A stretch of DNA of 64,000 nt from Clostridia bacterium (GTDB lineage: Bacteria; Bacillota; Clostridia; Christensenellales; UBA1242): contig JAFTKS010000012.1 of assembly GCA_017453125.1 (NCBI GenBank), positions 187,790 through 251,789 of the forward strand, written 5' to 3'. Below, piece after piece: positions 29,401-33,961 of the stretch. Each line of letters begins with the position of its first letter. The stretch's first letter is position 1. A program made the translations under genes and the position numbers. A model generated the notes under the pieces. It saw nothing but the letters and a program-made list of their open reading frames with translations, did no database searches and had not been told where the DNA came from.

Positions 29401-31705
29401 TTTCACCAACAATCAAACTTGTTCTATATGATACAAGGTTTGCATCATTAATCTCAGATGGAGAAGAAGGTAAAACATTTGCTCCAAACAAATAAACATC
29501 TTTACAACCATTACAATCATAATCTTTGCAACTATCAAGATGTGTGCCATATAAGTCAGGATCATAAGAACCCATATCGCCCTTATATTGATCGAAACTA
29601 AACTTCTCAAAGTTGGTTAATTGAATCTTTAATGCAGAAGGATCACTCAAACTATAATAAATTGTAAAGTTAGAAACAAGCTCCACCCCATTCTCTGTCT
29701 TAACAAATATTCTTGTTCTTCCAACATTATTGAATATTGTCATAATCCAATCATTTTCTAATTCGCTAAACTCAACTTTGGCGTATGTATTGAATGAACC
29801 ATTCTCAAGAGAAACGCTAACTTTTGAATAATCATTTGTTTCGCCATCTTCAAGTTTTGGAAGTCCAGACGCTGTCAATATTCCATCGTTAAATAATTTA
29901 ATTCTTCTATTAACAGCAGTAATATCAGGACTAAATGTTGTCTGCTCTAGAGCAACTTGCTGAGTTGGTATTGCAAGAGTTGTATTCTCATTGATGTATG
30001 AAAGTTTGATAGTTCTATTCACATAATCTGGGAAGTTAACACTTGAAATTGTGATAAATGGTTCGCCATTCAACTCTTCTGTCTTTTTTAGTTTGAGAAT
30101 ATTTCCAGAATAACAAGTCGCTATCGATTCACCATTAATAGAAATCTCTGCATTGTCTCTGTAGATATTAATTCCTGCGCTACTGGTAATAATCAAAGGT
30201 TGATTCTTAAGTGCTCCACCATTTCCCCATACGGCTACTTTGATAAATACGCCTGTGCCATTATTGTAAAGAACAATATCATTGTCTTGGAATCCTAAGT
30301 CTTCATTCTTCAAACTATCCAAATCAGCATTAGGTTCGAATACCCTAATTTCGCTTGGCATAACAACTGTTTGAACATTCATCTCAATGACTACTGGACT
30401 ATAAACACCTTCATATCCATAGTAATCAATTATGAAACGAACCTTGTATTCTCCTACCGAACCTCTTTGTGAGAATTTGAATGCATCATCAGATCGTAAT
30501 CTTACACCTGAAATCAACGTGCTATCTACAAACCCTTCGTTGATTTTTCCAGAAGAAGATACAGAAAGCATTTTCAACTTGCCATTCTCATCAAGTGTTG
30601 CATATTTTCCATCAGCAACAAGATTCTCAACGTATACAGAATATAGTCTTCTTGAAATTATTTCTCCACCAACTTCAGGACCGCCATTGATAGAATAACT
30701 CATTGTCCTTTCGCTAAGTGGTTGATAAAGACCTACATCAGGATCCGTATTTCCATCAAGAGACATTCTTAATTGCAAATCGGCTTCATGGAATTCGTTG
30801 TAGTCATTAGTATTGACAACTAATGTTAGAGCATTTCTAACAGAATCAAACGCTTTGAAAGATTTGCTCTCATCTTCTATATTAGGAAGATTGATTTGTC
30901 CAATAGATACAAGATTCTCATCAATGCCATCTAAGACAATAATCAAAACCTTTTTGATAACATTGGAACCAAGACTACCAGGATAGTTTGATGTAATCTT
31001 CAATTCAAACGAAGTAAGTATATCAAGGCTATTGTCTACAAAGATTACTCCTGGATGTGCTTTGAAATATGTATTTACCTGTTCTACTGCTTGAATTGTA
31101 AGGTCTGATGTAGCAGTAGCTTCATAAGTCACGCCCTTCTGAGTTGTATTAGAAGGAATGTAATTGATAAACTTGGAATATTCATCTAGCTTGATTTCTT
31201 GTCCTCTAATAATAGGAATTGTAGTTTCAGAAACTCGAATATCTCTAAGAGGAATAACAACATTAATTTTGTAATCAAGACTCTTGTTTCCTTCTTCAGT
31301 TTGAAAATGGATAACTGTGCTATCATTAGCAGTTGTACCATCTACAACGTTAACACTGAAAACAAACATTGTCTCGCCACTGAACTTGTTGTAATCTGAT
31401 TGTCTAACAGTTATAAGCCCCATATCAATAGGAGTTGCTATAACCGCTTTCAACACATCATCATCAACACCAGTTACACTAACTTTAACCGTAAATGTAT
31501 TTTCATTGTCAGTACTAGAATAAGTAAAGGTAGCCTCATTCTCCTTGTCAACACCATCTTGGTTTTTATCAATAGTAATACCCGATGTAGATACTACACT
31601 TATCTTCATTGACTTATACTTGTTTGAATCCCCACAAGCAAAAAGAGATATCGAAGATACCAATAACAAAATCATTAAAGTTAATATTTTTTTCCAAGTT
31701 CTCAT
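5456..31705 (-). CDS. Giant (8749 aa) surface lipoprotein: Ig-like N-terminal region, multiple GLUG-motif beta-solenoid modules, C-terminal NlpC/P60-like domain
   Basis: Uninterrupted 26,250-bp ORF. Lipobox LFA-C24; Big_2-like PSNTTQKGVTY; dozens of GG[ILV][AV]G motifs; modules capped by P-x-x-I-x-x-x-x-x-L motifs; C-terminal RTDCCGFISLVY...LKPGDVIW...GHILMF. Confidence 0.9.
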   Translation of the reverse strand: MRTWKKILTLMILLLVSSISLFACGDSNKYKSMKISVVSTSGITIDKNQDGVDKENEATFTYSSTDNENTFTVKVSVTGVDDDVLKAVIATPIDMGLITVRQSDYNKFSGETMFVFSVNVVDGTTANDSTVIHFQTEEGNKSLDYKINVVIPLRDIRVSETTIPIIRGQEIKLDEYSKFINYIPSNTTQKGVTYEATATSDLTIQAVEQVNTYFKAHPGVIFVDNSLDILTSFELKITSNYPGSLGSNVIKKVLIIVLDGIDENLVSIGQINLPNIEDESKSFKAFDSVRNALTLVVNTNDYNEFHEADLQLRMSLDGNTDPDVGLYQPLSERTMSYSINGGPEVGGEIISRRLYSVYVENLVADGKYATLDENGKLKMLSVSSSGKINEGFVDSTLISGVRLRSDDAFKFSQRGSVGEYKVRFIIDYYGYEGVYSPVVIEMNVQTVVMPSEIRVFEPNADLDSLKNEDLGFQDNDIVLYNNGTGVFIKVAVWGNGGALKNQPLIITSSAGINIYRDNAEISINGESIATCYSGNILKLKKTEELNGEPFITISSVNFPDYVNRTIKLSYINENTTLAIPTQQVALEQTTFSPDITAVNRRIKLFNDGILTASGLPKLEDGETNDYSKVSVSLENGSFNTYAKVEFSELENDWIMTIFNNVGRTRIFVKTENGVELVSNFTIYYSLSDPSALKIQLTNFEKFSFDQYKGDMGSYDPDLYGTHLDSCKDYDCNGCKDVYLFGANVLPSSPSEINDANLVSYRTSLIVGETYNFHYLLGVEQKTGDENALIAQKLTSLAGILNVRTPISSNKQIVEISQNQIYVKAYSDTPIELEFKFDSEAEGKTVYIKIKVFTQTIVKSISSNVNSVVVYSLEDLDEKFVTDNKGYAYEELYGYKSLEININPINPTIDYNLTWSAGQNNNSKYTDKDEGNLLWYEYQFGNGILSHSKIIIDATENKIETKQNKVKLSIPTNQADNPIRNFIVYASLSQRFITAEGEEVVHTLTLPIDVIVKEATGVSNIVPELFNNRITLDIRDMTESKGSYVSGNVVEFGYELEAVDPNADLLNKEIDIICPTDIDCKVTEKGTIVLTYTKTSEAYQDNPVYKIIIAAKSGTLKPNAEVLANLQNYQEFYSRFTEITLRVANGKRVPFEIDSVEELKLIGKDEDSLSANYVLVKDINLSSISNWEPIGSESLPFTGTLSGRYELSENVYRYFGIYNLNINVDHHNDTASKDIGNSYYGLFGYIGTSGRVDNLTISGHTINIIGYGSIVTANGFTLNEYVGAIAGYNAGRIEDCVVNDSSIGSQINGSLLESIRRSSVSKGISYYGSYSVFALNTNIGGAVGYNTGIIDATQVYTTINIQDTSTISTKNTRVGGVAGVNTGIISKDVDALDSNINSFVVSSGLEGFDVVTIINPRYNAYETANELSIHDNTIIGGVAGINASDLVGNDNSGVINGLAVRAYISGKDNVGGVVGKNMNRVSNNVVLPNIIAKNNVGGLIGYHVNGSESLSAGFQKSSGNIYSNKVQFLNFSDIYSYFNTSIYATNNVGGLIGKYFGDPLKEISTENIKFASNIAYNSVASYFETNAEISKTYDTTNIKGDYYGDIVIAKSSQLQYVSSFIGNASNALISSSYVSTNIALSAQNNLYFGGVLGYAEGIVSIYNTTTSGKLMNISGTKANAGSFVGNADNINTYTSNAGATINYLLSISQDYLYMPAGTGESDSTWPTQEITNLNFGDLINNTIVSNVFDSVQYKFGNIVNSYSLIKLINNDGSTGVLDSYASSGEQRKVVNPVIIEGAGTNAKLRIIYNSARQEIDSGNLKIANLVTYNSFYMGQKGLNIGLAVSIIKDNGSSEKQNIALGTISEITDDYLGIGSTTTSTSLVVLGATYNINYVLSLFGVEKQTIGANYTAISRVYYSSSLISSVLVDGNTYSWGQTNATLGSENPTSITIDDQGNTVASELKQVYTYQGDDSTLGTANGFNIANGVVDYTNGRYLKYYNSQLNIGYPIGFARQDYYIEKSEKFVNLIINIPPRAIIVGNPNAINDKIDYNNVWLSVVEQILDTTSTITTGKTTIYYYELDYADASSSNYKTMPWKSEIIDGETVKVIDLNLDGKYSSIDRNYSKFINARIDQMNRYKLSDIINIAIIPPYLQNGMIVIEPNSSIAEIEIIDDEVYVVAKGIGSVTFEIYSPYNPSKESRSSFTLNIINAINTFGMYTDTSFNTEVDYNNLSVVMNEDITTTFFSKFNGSLDLENEMLENYMKDKAILKLKTSDNYGIRYFLVNGSDTILYDANLDFSFEGIKINNQEFQRMYFDSKFGLGDTYALYVDSSTQLDIIGIEEQDDIKLLAVPYIINNSEITFLYDFTKAKNAIDYITENIDGTDVPTGYINNSIAKLLVLDVIKGTYGITSTKTQTISPLNTATMFISVDTDKEDSELYFNVKGNTSVTLYNDITKVEEILKTTITSMSDSTTFSGIVLEEGASYYFDKIQLDVVSRELILDENGAVDASGNFIDVKEIKYELAFSIPEHYLYDSDLAKIYNISYAVVDYMKNVKIATSELIINKQDINDSMLRHYSAVDEYIDGQTEYERNDYYQSNTLVSGHAGLLELNLVPNFASVDYVEFESSLYNGTYYISLEQLVAVYQDSNFNIFDGYYKAETDYREVLNNGRTIRVSKLSNVFVDNSGTEHFAYNGKLYIRTLVPSINTDTSPKFTITYRAYLDGKEIDSKTIDITVAQSPSVRLNINGAKNGVVAFGQTLDIGVTSKNQVNWELSTDIVGGVEKVLNSIEPIWIDSTKAQLTIKTLAELGDSYTDYIGKDISITAKVVLNVNGVTYTATDTVVVRLALYTIDGISVKYVDESIGKFVGIYNQPYDLRVILKASYDEEFDANHDGVISSKISKLEDELSKASAGTFSVISGDILVPLVAGEKYSDFQISANGEYLTIKNNAKNPSSILQASVKIEYTAKAEGGVRVNPSITTSDFVFDPYCRFGLQFTRLSNEENPEPIYTEKELRNMEEGGYYILLSDITVSDWAPLNTPIASLDGNGYVITIKNFYNTTITSDSNNEESTNRQLTLGLFSEISEKTTIKNLILEVKNDESIISDDAIIKNPTTGLDEFKNADLSIDVANYSQVTFGLLAGVNKGIVTNVKVTNNANSHRNERNEMLAQRGLISEYQIGETINKSYFINENNQKESVQRYLTKIALDYGSVTTSAKHNIGGLVGVNEGYISNSNINNISIFGLNRVAGFVAENKENAIIASSYFKGGNIVSQVSSASGYEAGSSAFVFENAGRIAYSYASSTSQYPKNLTGITDLENFVGVGYDNLGIRLKNTGAISIGGNSSGFVFKNSGSIQDSYANLLVRGSYSVGFVFENSGIINNVYTLASGVYDKDNNYPFIAMEDLTNGVARDSGDITNAYFLKAISSDFETEGEKNKDIITISDQEKQKATAISISKLSSYNTFETFAFAPNYDDILNKEDAIKKTVGAVWFYPNILTNSSVYFQDSYYTFGTPQLVSANLNTMSLKYYVSDSTSKIVESVYANILLDYSDITYNFSRDNIQPTIIECNGVNLINAVNNNLDSTIATAISKSEIVTTLNSYNDIYKDYKFSDIKESDFEKLLYQYIKVDIYLEKEGFELVDTDANLKSRITNMIIESIISSNSFKNMSYFDIKFIELSETTKLPQSDNNYEYFSILEKNDKSEDGNSVSIEYGASILNPYLVKNASDFNIFINQIDTDGNNIAELNYKSDKYLRLITDITFGSNVLNAETYNIMFSGNLDGNGMKISNLSINANTSIGNNAINKQQSEDSKYQEIEKYSDNGELKKVTSVGMFAKLIDGAVVKNIDIEVSEVYGSGVNFVGVVAGQVVDSMIYNINISGSSAKVYGLNAVGAIAGRVTGQSTLVNLTSTISVTASNFTSYNTFDVKKKLNITSKFNVYESLINKELDANGDLISNINKVSYAGGLVGIIDVSKKVENIVDVVTSNEISSIRNLVFEGSNTTLFGEIVGGIVGYVGNDSVISSNKVYVDQNSVIKASRVAGGLAGQNNGEIHRSSVSNLKSTQDSIDSTLLTAKAEKTHIYTKSSFDNDSDRYASVGSTKFFGSNAHFIGGIVGLNKEGTITNSYNKVNVNNINSLYAGGVIGANIGGQLTAVYTTADVYSFKAIGGIIGLNTSYYSTTIPQGAEEVVGLYIENYDNFRGPNTAKLTMQGIVGLNLWNKSSLNTRRQYINNDASEATIGSIIGYNYVDAEIGVDAYYKRMLQENMYTITTYTFDSIDNYDSSANKESMKSFFVLLPEIGNSDSTWSMSVTPTVSSNGSILNGEGKTIYDKNNIPSDSIKNYFYKDVNNIIVEVDTDNNTLTKVKQFGTMAMYSGAIVSYAKEETGVDGEYSYNVKSSSYFSRMRQYSSTRTLYELINRFYDEESAKKGVFTSLLNQANASSADIDAQLHSDFVFKPYDIASDTIISTAVSAQKIYPENVWSSSIWAGVAVNKSNARADNFVLPTHESRIDDSIVLVKDYEDLKQINLYPNRKYYLDNDIFITASEYSSLASLGNPFTGTLMSNPEKKSTAGYPYTIYVGQDSSGSRAPISNYTGIFGAVKGATFKEFNLVVSSNLIAPTDSGSTTAIGTLFGYSFNKGTSATTINNVDLEFINDSQIVVGGTSQPVSAGYVGGLGGYADSIVIKADTEDSGITTFALGDPETIDIINPSINITGEVTSDRCINMYVGSIFGYASLSSNSPSYSINVENPIITVSLDYIQGDYSTMAVGGIIGKLINSSSVGAPSTTLKNMTISDPIIDMEISAKDSGFANFETIAVGGAFGSLEGVAVNNTFAIENIDILDINSTIDSYIKFVNNGVYASSIFANKGNLSVGGTIGEMGGNSNGYITLNDIVNNIKTLTFTHSNTQINLENTVASGDINVGSLIGSVISCRENINSIQSSTTLSWTVSESDKLNINIGGTIGKMNSGSAIGMLSLTEINTTAPVNIGESTILNIGGLIGKMSGGSLFRSGYNSNIVVGLAQTSGSNVNIGGIAGFATLLSPSKISQSFASGYIKLITAKGSTYIQDNANLGGLIGYGYNYLNIEDSYSSNTIYTYDHNFNANYETYIQASSKTNVSNYNALGGIVGMFEANALNTDNNVQMHNVYSISNIIANKCENEASQIAGIIGMAETSDGSDIENMVELTSVYYLAEFMIEHNSIGQGLSVAEMLYLDEDTNNIPDGINFEKTTGEVSSIWTLAINAFPRLSWLSNESYIDPKLTPETVTTLASGVTAGKSYIVTGDCSGMTAIATNNNDIYFINTLRNGISLFSNIDADSRVYGIAVSNATNTIIATNNGKVSSTVINNLATTGGYIGINNGIDIHPVIKTMGSGAVVYGTNNGLVIYPNVASSGHSIVSNGNGQIKLGVFKDAEFDSSKNLFGTVSILDSYIYSVDEDNFVYYNHLGDAFVADLQKAQDINNFAEDYDFYNNWLILPTIKNGRMFLRWELKQEIGKDWYFEDIDLYSTSQTEYADYVWSNYFNKYGNIATENDIIIGENSLTVKSALGLAYASYLINHGQHLSSRIELASDIDMQYKLFTPIGGAPILEYMGRNYFNGSFTGNNHTIKNLLIITNSEAGLFGISTATEYTKAKLNNVNIITTNGSMGGLVAIQQGSTSLIGIKLTDVNLLHTMQTEDNAVVGGFIGKLIKGNKVSTEIISSEIVYTEESKCLIDRGISVGGMVGEVINAELNITHSYNKIDIVGKSYAGGFVGLVDENSKLVLRGSFNTGDVTSTDGVAGGFVGEIKGKATIEQCYNSSAVIGATYAGGFVGLLNQEAIRLIDCYVSRGDEGDLVAGVRNSRADGTMNLSCISGAVASAFVNFSSPFASVEFDECYSSLLGLQFTNINNADGISYRKTYVISESTNSVYDENSLMEITHSSLSEANNELFDDWSYIWSRVSQKNNNYPVLLMQANVWSGEEVNDTIKENNSTTYVIRNADELAWIAEQVNTGKNSFAGDTIKIVGVGGKIDFQKKLWQPIGYSPAYAFKGNVQFGDGSLVELINFTTNGYYKNNDFSVEGLQKDYVGLFGYMNGSTISGEVVLRCDETTENEGSHIFGKGNYVGAIAGYAKDITNTAIITNYLDVQGTGNFVGGIFGAVEVNGVVSASTYSLRATQAVSLGTLTNYGTVKGSENGASQYISGIIGFITSEKSAILNGETRVLVTAEGLSNYGRITDAKGNVGGIVAQIEGKGIILKIDNALNTSDLTTIDGQYIGGIVGYSNGSIIIDNATVSNDVVADDSIKNNSVIIASENKIAKIGSIVGYAREAKISGANLDSNKVRLISANETPLIQNASFGGAVGGIIGMADNLELFINSDVGINLSNVIFENTSSVRLDNNIGGIVGRVNGLLSVTTDDEERNNKITISGLSEEDPLIISGMGYLGGIAGYVNSYYQQEMDNLNITIKNVKIQESLSPEEMGQVANEYALDSQLFTDAFGNIGGAFGYVANGKNGNVVAIGDIVVEDSSISALTTRYVGGVVGRLNAAHLKNIKNYASINGDIKPNKYMMFVGGIVGSIGQGQSLKEKGVSTLENVYNFASVNGFSYVGGIAGEALYTNINDSASISIGSEVITIGSFYAGQNSEEGSEYFTAQKSDIFIGGLVGHLSYSTIDCENNETYTFKGNLIGSNFVGGIAGAIKNSNVKNAKVEIDNFRLYGIAHTNDHKLNYNNKDLVLGGGAVAYAENLYDGTQSTNYVIDNIDVKILTVFDVETIKTEYAIKDADGNITGYNMPEIGGIVGFARGYNLNEVSTDLCRDSSGNNYSFIIGTAQYLLNSEKAYNWSSNKYWFFNNSVDSDAVVVAEEETTINVRYLNNEQPYNYDTFLNMAYAFNMKKSDVPTHQEFNATVLYSLSGTNATYVNGEYTQPSQKPLMSETKQILTESGLWDLKVEQVTQSDTTKSEVITLKFIDDIKIRSATLENNSGNYSLEIDIEKEKSFNQDKLYAYIYSAVNKRYDKDSPKNPKNILIKIKGNIVNASTNIYQNTLSSLGTYYYPINNLDIQGIDSTDDDGNTIKSSISISAPYFTLSSNSDKTYNLYGLIGYVNGNISIRNIDISSQTPMTNIDNVQYIDIANRDYNTFFGGLIASAVPAVSTKTEDITHNIENVVVDIDVVYANVEYMGGIIGTAHYISSGEVIGDYTINLSNVENAGKLIDLNDVYFEQPASKLVYVPLVVGGVIGSADFINANGATLTINVTKNNSVFGVKNSGDITAFELAGGVFAYIGANVILEANNGIEDEYLIWNTGNITAGVDVNTQYVSIPTAGGVIGIIEAGKYVDPVSAVATLSDEDTLLASTYSNDVPDWIYQIANLYSGTNPYTIENTEEEILPIEEVVDTEEGSENTDETEETEDLQQPVILGRVTGGVIGRVSTAGFANGAYISTSDVQLKFLQNHATVGSEKSEHSAGIIGEHINIESIVFQNNFNTGKIYGFNSVAGIISSNNYQYMYTKISQAAEYEKNLVRRYEIEKTRKQIIYEGIGDYVVYNETTYLLHNIEFISTINASSDITSYSGITTGDNEPESIAGGLLGSLNSLNSNITVTTIVFDSCQSEGNLTADKSVGGFIGRVGNVENAKITLSTIAPYMYRSEYNIPNATFKSNEYAGGLFGLIDNEREVEFEGHIYTVENYKIGQTNKLNKDDSDLYNNKYYYIDPSQTLQSGKVLLDAPIVGGIVADMIVNHSNIAFLNLSNNAEIKLLKENYSEGAVTALCGIVGRFNKEEGQDLKPNVLFENCYNFGNIYSNSLDVGGIMGYISNSLIANLFVRNCGNGAGVSINTKASFRAAGGLFGAIASDSMPVEFSGIQSDSSINSSFKVIGPVAGGLVGSFSKNTPGHTLLENIEFDGNNVEISGTTSAGGLFGQLVGKRTVEETSSSISDGQISLKISGDVVIGGSSFEVKSIMYSGGVAGIVRGLYQYSCSETSSVLNKANILTEYQEVTDGLDNGAGGLFGSVETYSDLTSEQISNYVLTINNFTNYGNIDCSANSGSAGGVIGYCESLNFSMSFSNIINGADANITAKASAGGVIGRIIAYDPTTISLNKINVCGKIESYCASGGLIGENVANTVTISYVQIGLQDARLPVWSTSEVEYTLVDDENDSTDTSEIDYTLYDAYAGGLIGANWGQDIKVYGCNYVFADVIAEISSEFDAEDLSDYGLTYAGGLIGATATIPSFENANGYYTYCGGIANSTSLVKGYYAGGAYGCVYSSVSEINSSLALNHIYVSAYKYAGGFAGKMSETQLTFTANSLKMNNITFNGAYDTYNPNAFEMFIDVDEEETYYSKFDYAKTEYHYNFKSDYIERDANGNEIERGTISKSAPYKTDYSFVLGVEYNTFVSGGSYSYVCGSKPEINIKKSSGHELFDYNSLTYNTYTAYILRLGYNTDDLTTGLNNQVGDAKVASTSDFILTSFDGEGAKAKAQYEVDINAGHVQEHNIFDKTAFYEFNRTYPFVFKVPGQDLYLIHGGQPIIEETPDDEVDLSGKSLEIYNKALDSYEYIYGTALDDENRLTVLKNALDFKSPEKSKNYKYTYAIHRYVWPDTISSEYSNSLNYYNVGTNSFADLAMNYDVDGKNGNYKNGYNVSAAKNDSYAWTYYWTGKRYIWNRDAVLDNINNGKAWRTDCCGFISLVYSTINKIVNPYPSRSRSTTMTDKAYEQLKPGDVIWYYGTVDGKTTGHILMFTYYDTETGKYHFVDQSNLDVTGTWTGSYMKLSYASGKIDARPYTLFYSYL

Positions 31706-31786
31706 AACAATTCCCTATACTCTTATATTTTGGAATTTAGATAATTTTATTATTATATAATAATAAAAAAATAATCCATCTATTCA

Positions 31787-31815
31787 ATTATATTAAATAT
31801 CGCATATCTAGTCAA
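31787..31815 (-). promoter_or_regulatory. sigma-A promoter of the 8749-aa gene
   Basis: TTGACT-17 bp-TATAAT on the minus strand, about 80 bp upstream of the ATG. Confidence 0.7.
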
Positions 31816-31877
31816 ACAAAAACAACAATTAAACCATAATTGCTACAACAAATTTTAATATAAAAAGCAACAAAAAA

Positions 31878-31915
31878 CAAAAAAAAGAAAAGAGTGAAAA
31901 TCCCCACTCTTTTCT
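31878..31915 (-). terminator. Intrinsic terminator after the second giant gene
   Basis: Minus strand AGAAAAGAGTG-GGGATTTT-CACTCTTTTCT followed by a T run, just after the stop at 31943. Confidence 0.75.
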
Positions 31916-31942
31916 CGTTTTTTTGATTTTGCATAGCAAAAT

Positions 31943-33961
31943 TTAATATCTATTATCGCCAGCACAATAAGTTCCACCAAACACACTAATAGCTGTATGG
32001 TCACATCTATTGTTATACATAAACTCTGCATAGCTATTAGTAATATAGTTATAACTTCCAATTGTTGTGCTTAGAGTCACCGCCCCAAGTGTACAATTGG
32101 CCATATATGAACCTGTTGCATTTGCCGTAACAAGACCAGTTATATACAACGCATTTGATCCTTGAACAGTAATCTGATCAGCACCAAAACCATCAATTAT
32201 ACCATAATTGCTTACAATTGGCCCGAAATAATATGCAGAATTATTTCCGATCTTTCGAATCAATACATTAGTAATAGAAAGTCTTGAAATTAAGCCATTA
32301 TTTGTCTCAACAAATGAATGAGTCAATTGTGTTTTTTCGTTTGATTTGATAAAGTCTATAGTGATATTTTGCTCAGTAGACACACTATTGATTCCAACTA
32401 ATGCCGATTCTGTAGTAAGAATCAATGAGTTACTTATAAGTGTTGCATCAACAGACAAAATATGACTATCTGACGATTTGCTAGCGTCATTTGTTAAAAC
32501 AACAATTGTGCCCTTTGGAATGACTCCGTTAGATAGGCTATTAACATATTCAATGAAAGCCTCTCCGTTGCATATTCTAACAACATTGTATTTCAATTGT
32601 TCAGTGCTATAGAATTCATATTTATAACTTAGTTCATACTCTGAATTTGCCCTAATCTTCTCACCCTGTCCATTAAGTATGAAATTATTAGAACCATCAA
32701 GTAGATATCCATCTGGGTATTTTCCTTTCTGAGACTCTATAGATGCCTGAATTTTTGCTTTCAAATCTGCAACATCTTTTATAGCCTCTACCGATGAATT
32801 CTCATCTGCCTTGAAGAACAACTTTATAGTCATACTACCAGCAATATCTTTAAATCCTTGAATTTGAACATGGCTATTCTCATCATACCAAACAGTTTTT
32901 CTTTCAAGAAGTTTCTTAGGAAGTTTTTCATCATACGAATTTTCATATTTTCCTTTGCAATTACTAACATTTTCTCTATCAAAAGGTCCTTTGTCAACAT
33001 TATCCGTTAACATTGCAGAAGGAACATAATAAGTAGAATTTTCAATAATTGCATTCTCATTATTACTAAATGCAAGACCATACAATACTGTTATATAACT
33101 AGAATTTTCGGTATATCCGTAACTAGCAGAATAACAATCACTTATTACTCCATTATTTGCATAAACCAAACCATACAAAACATTTTCATCTGGATTAGTT
33201 GATTGACACACAAACTTAACAGCAGATGCCGAAGAATATATTCTGCCATTATTTGTATTTGCTAGTTGATATTTATTTTCATTCAATCCATAAATATAGC
33301 AGTTTGTAATAAGTCCAACGTTTGTTTCAGTCAAAGCAATTTTTGACGAAGTATTTTGCCCTGCATTAATATATAGATTTGAAATTACACCATTATTTGT
33401 TTTTACAAAATGGTTAAGAGCTCCAGGTGTACCAAATTTGATAGATACTTTGCCTGTTTTTATACTTCTACCGGATATGTATTGATCTGCATTAAGTGTT
33501 CCGATAGTACTCAATGTAACTTCTCCATCTTTGTCTGCATCATCAGACAAAGCTATAAACTTGTAATTTGTTGCAAGTGTAGAACCATTGGTATATTCAA
33601 ACAAATCAAACTTTGTAGCTCCACTACCTGACGAATGCCTTGTAATATATCCACTCAATTTCTCTGGAATAATTAATTGAATATTTCCTATATCCTCTAA
33701 GGTTAGTCCCGTATCAATATAATCTTTTTCAGACTCAAGGGTAATATTCTTCTTAAATTCTTTGTCATATCTAATCAAATCAAAAATTGGCGAATATTCG
33801 GATACAGTTTTAAACAAGTCACCAAAAGCAAATGTTTCAAAACACGTATCCATCTTGTAATTATTTCCAACAAATTCTTGAGCATACATAACATTCGTAC
33901 AGTCACTAGTAACACTTCCATCTGTAATCGCAGATGTCACACCACTTTGTAACTTTGGCAA
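31943..33961 (-). pseudogene. C-terminal 672-aa segment of the second giant lipoprotein, cut off by an in-frame TAA
   Basis: Begins in the same frame immediately after the TAA at 33962-33964. No properly spaced RBS before the TTG and no signal peptide. Carries the same N-x-G-x-I beta-solenoid repeats as the upstream ORF. Confidence 0.7.
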
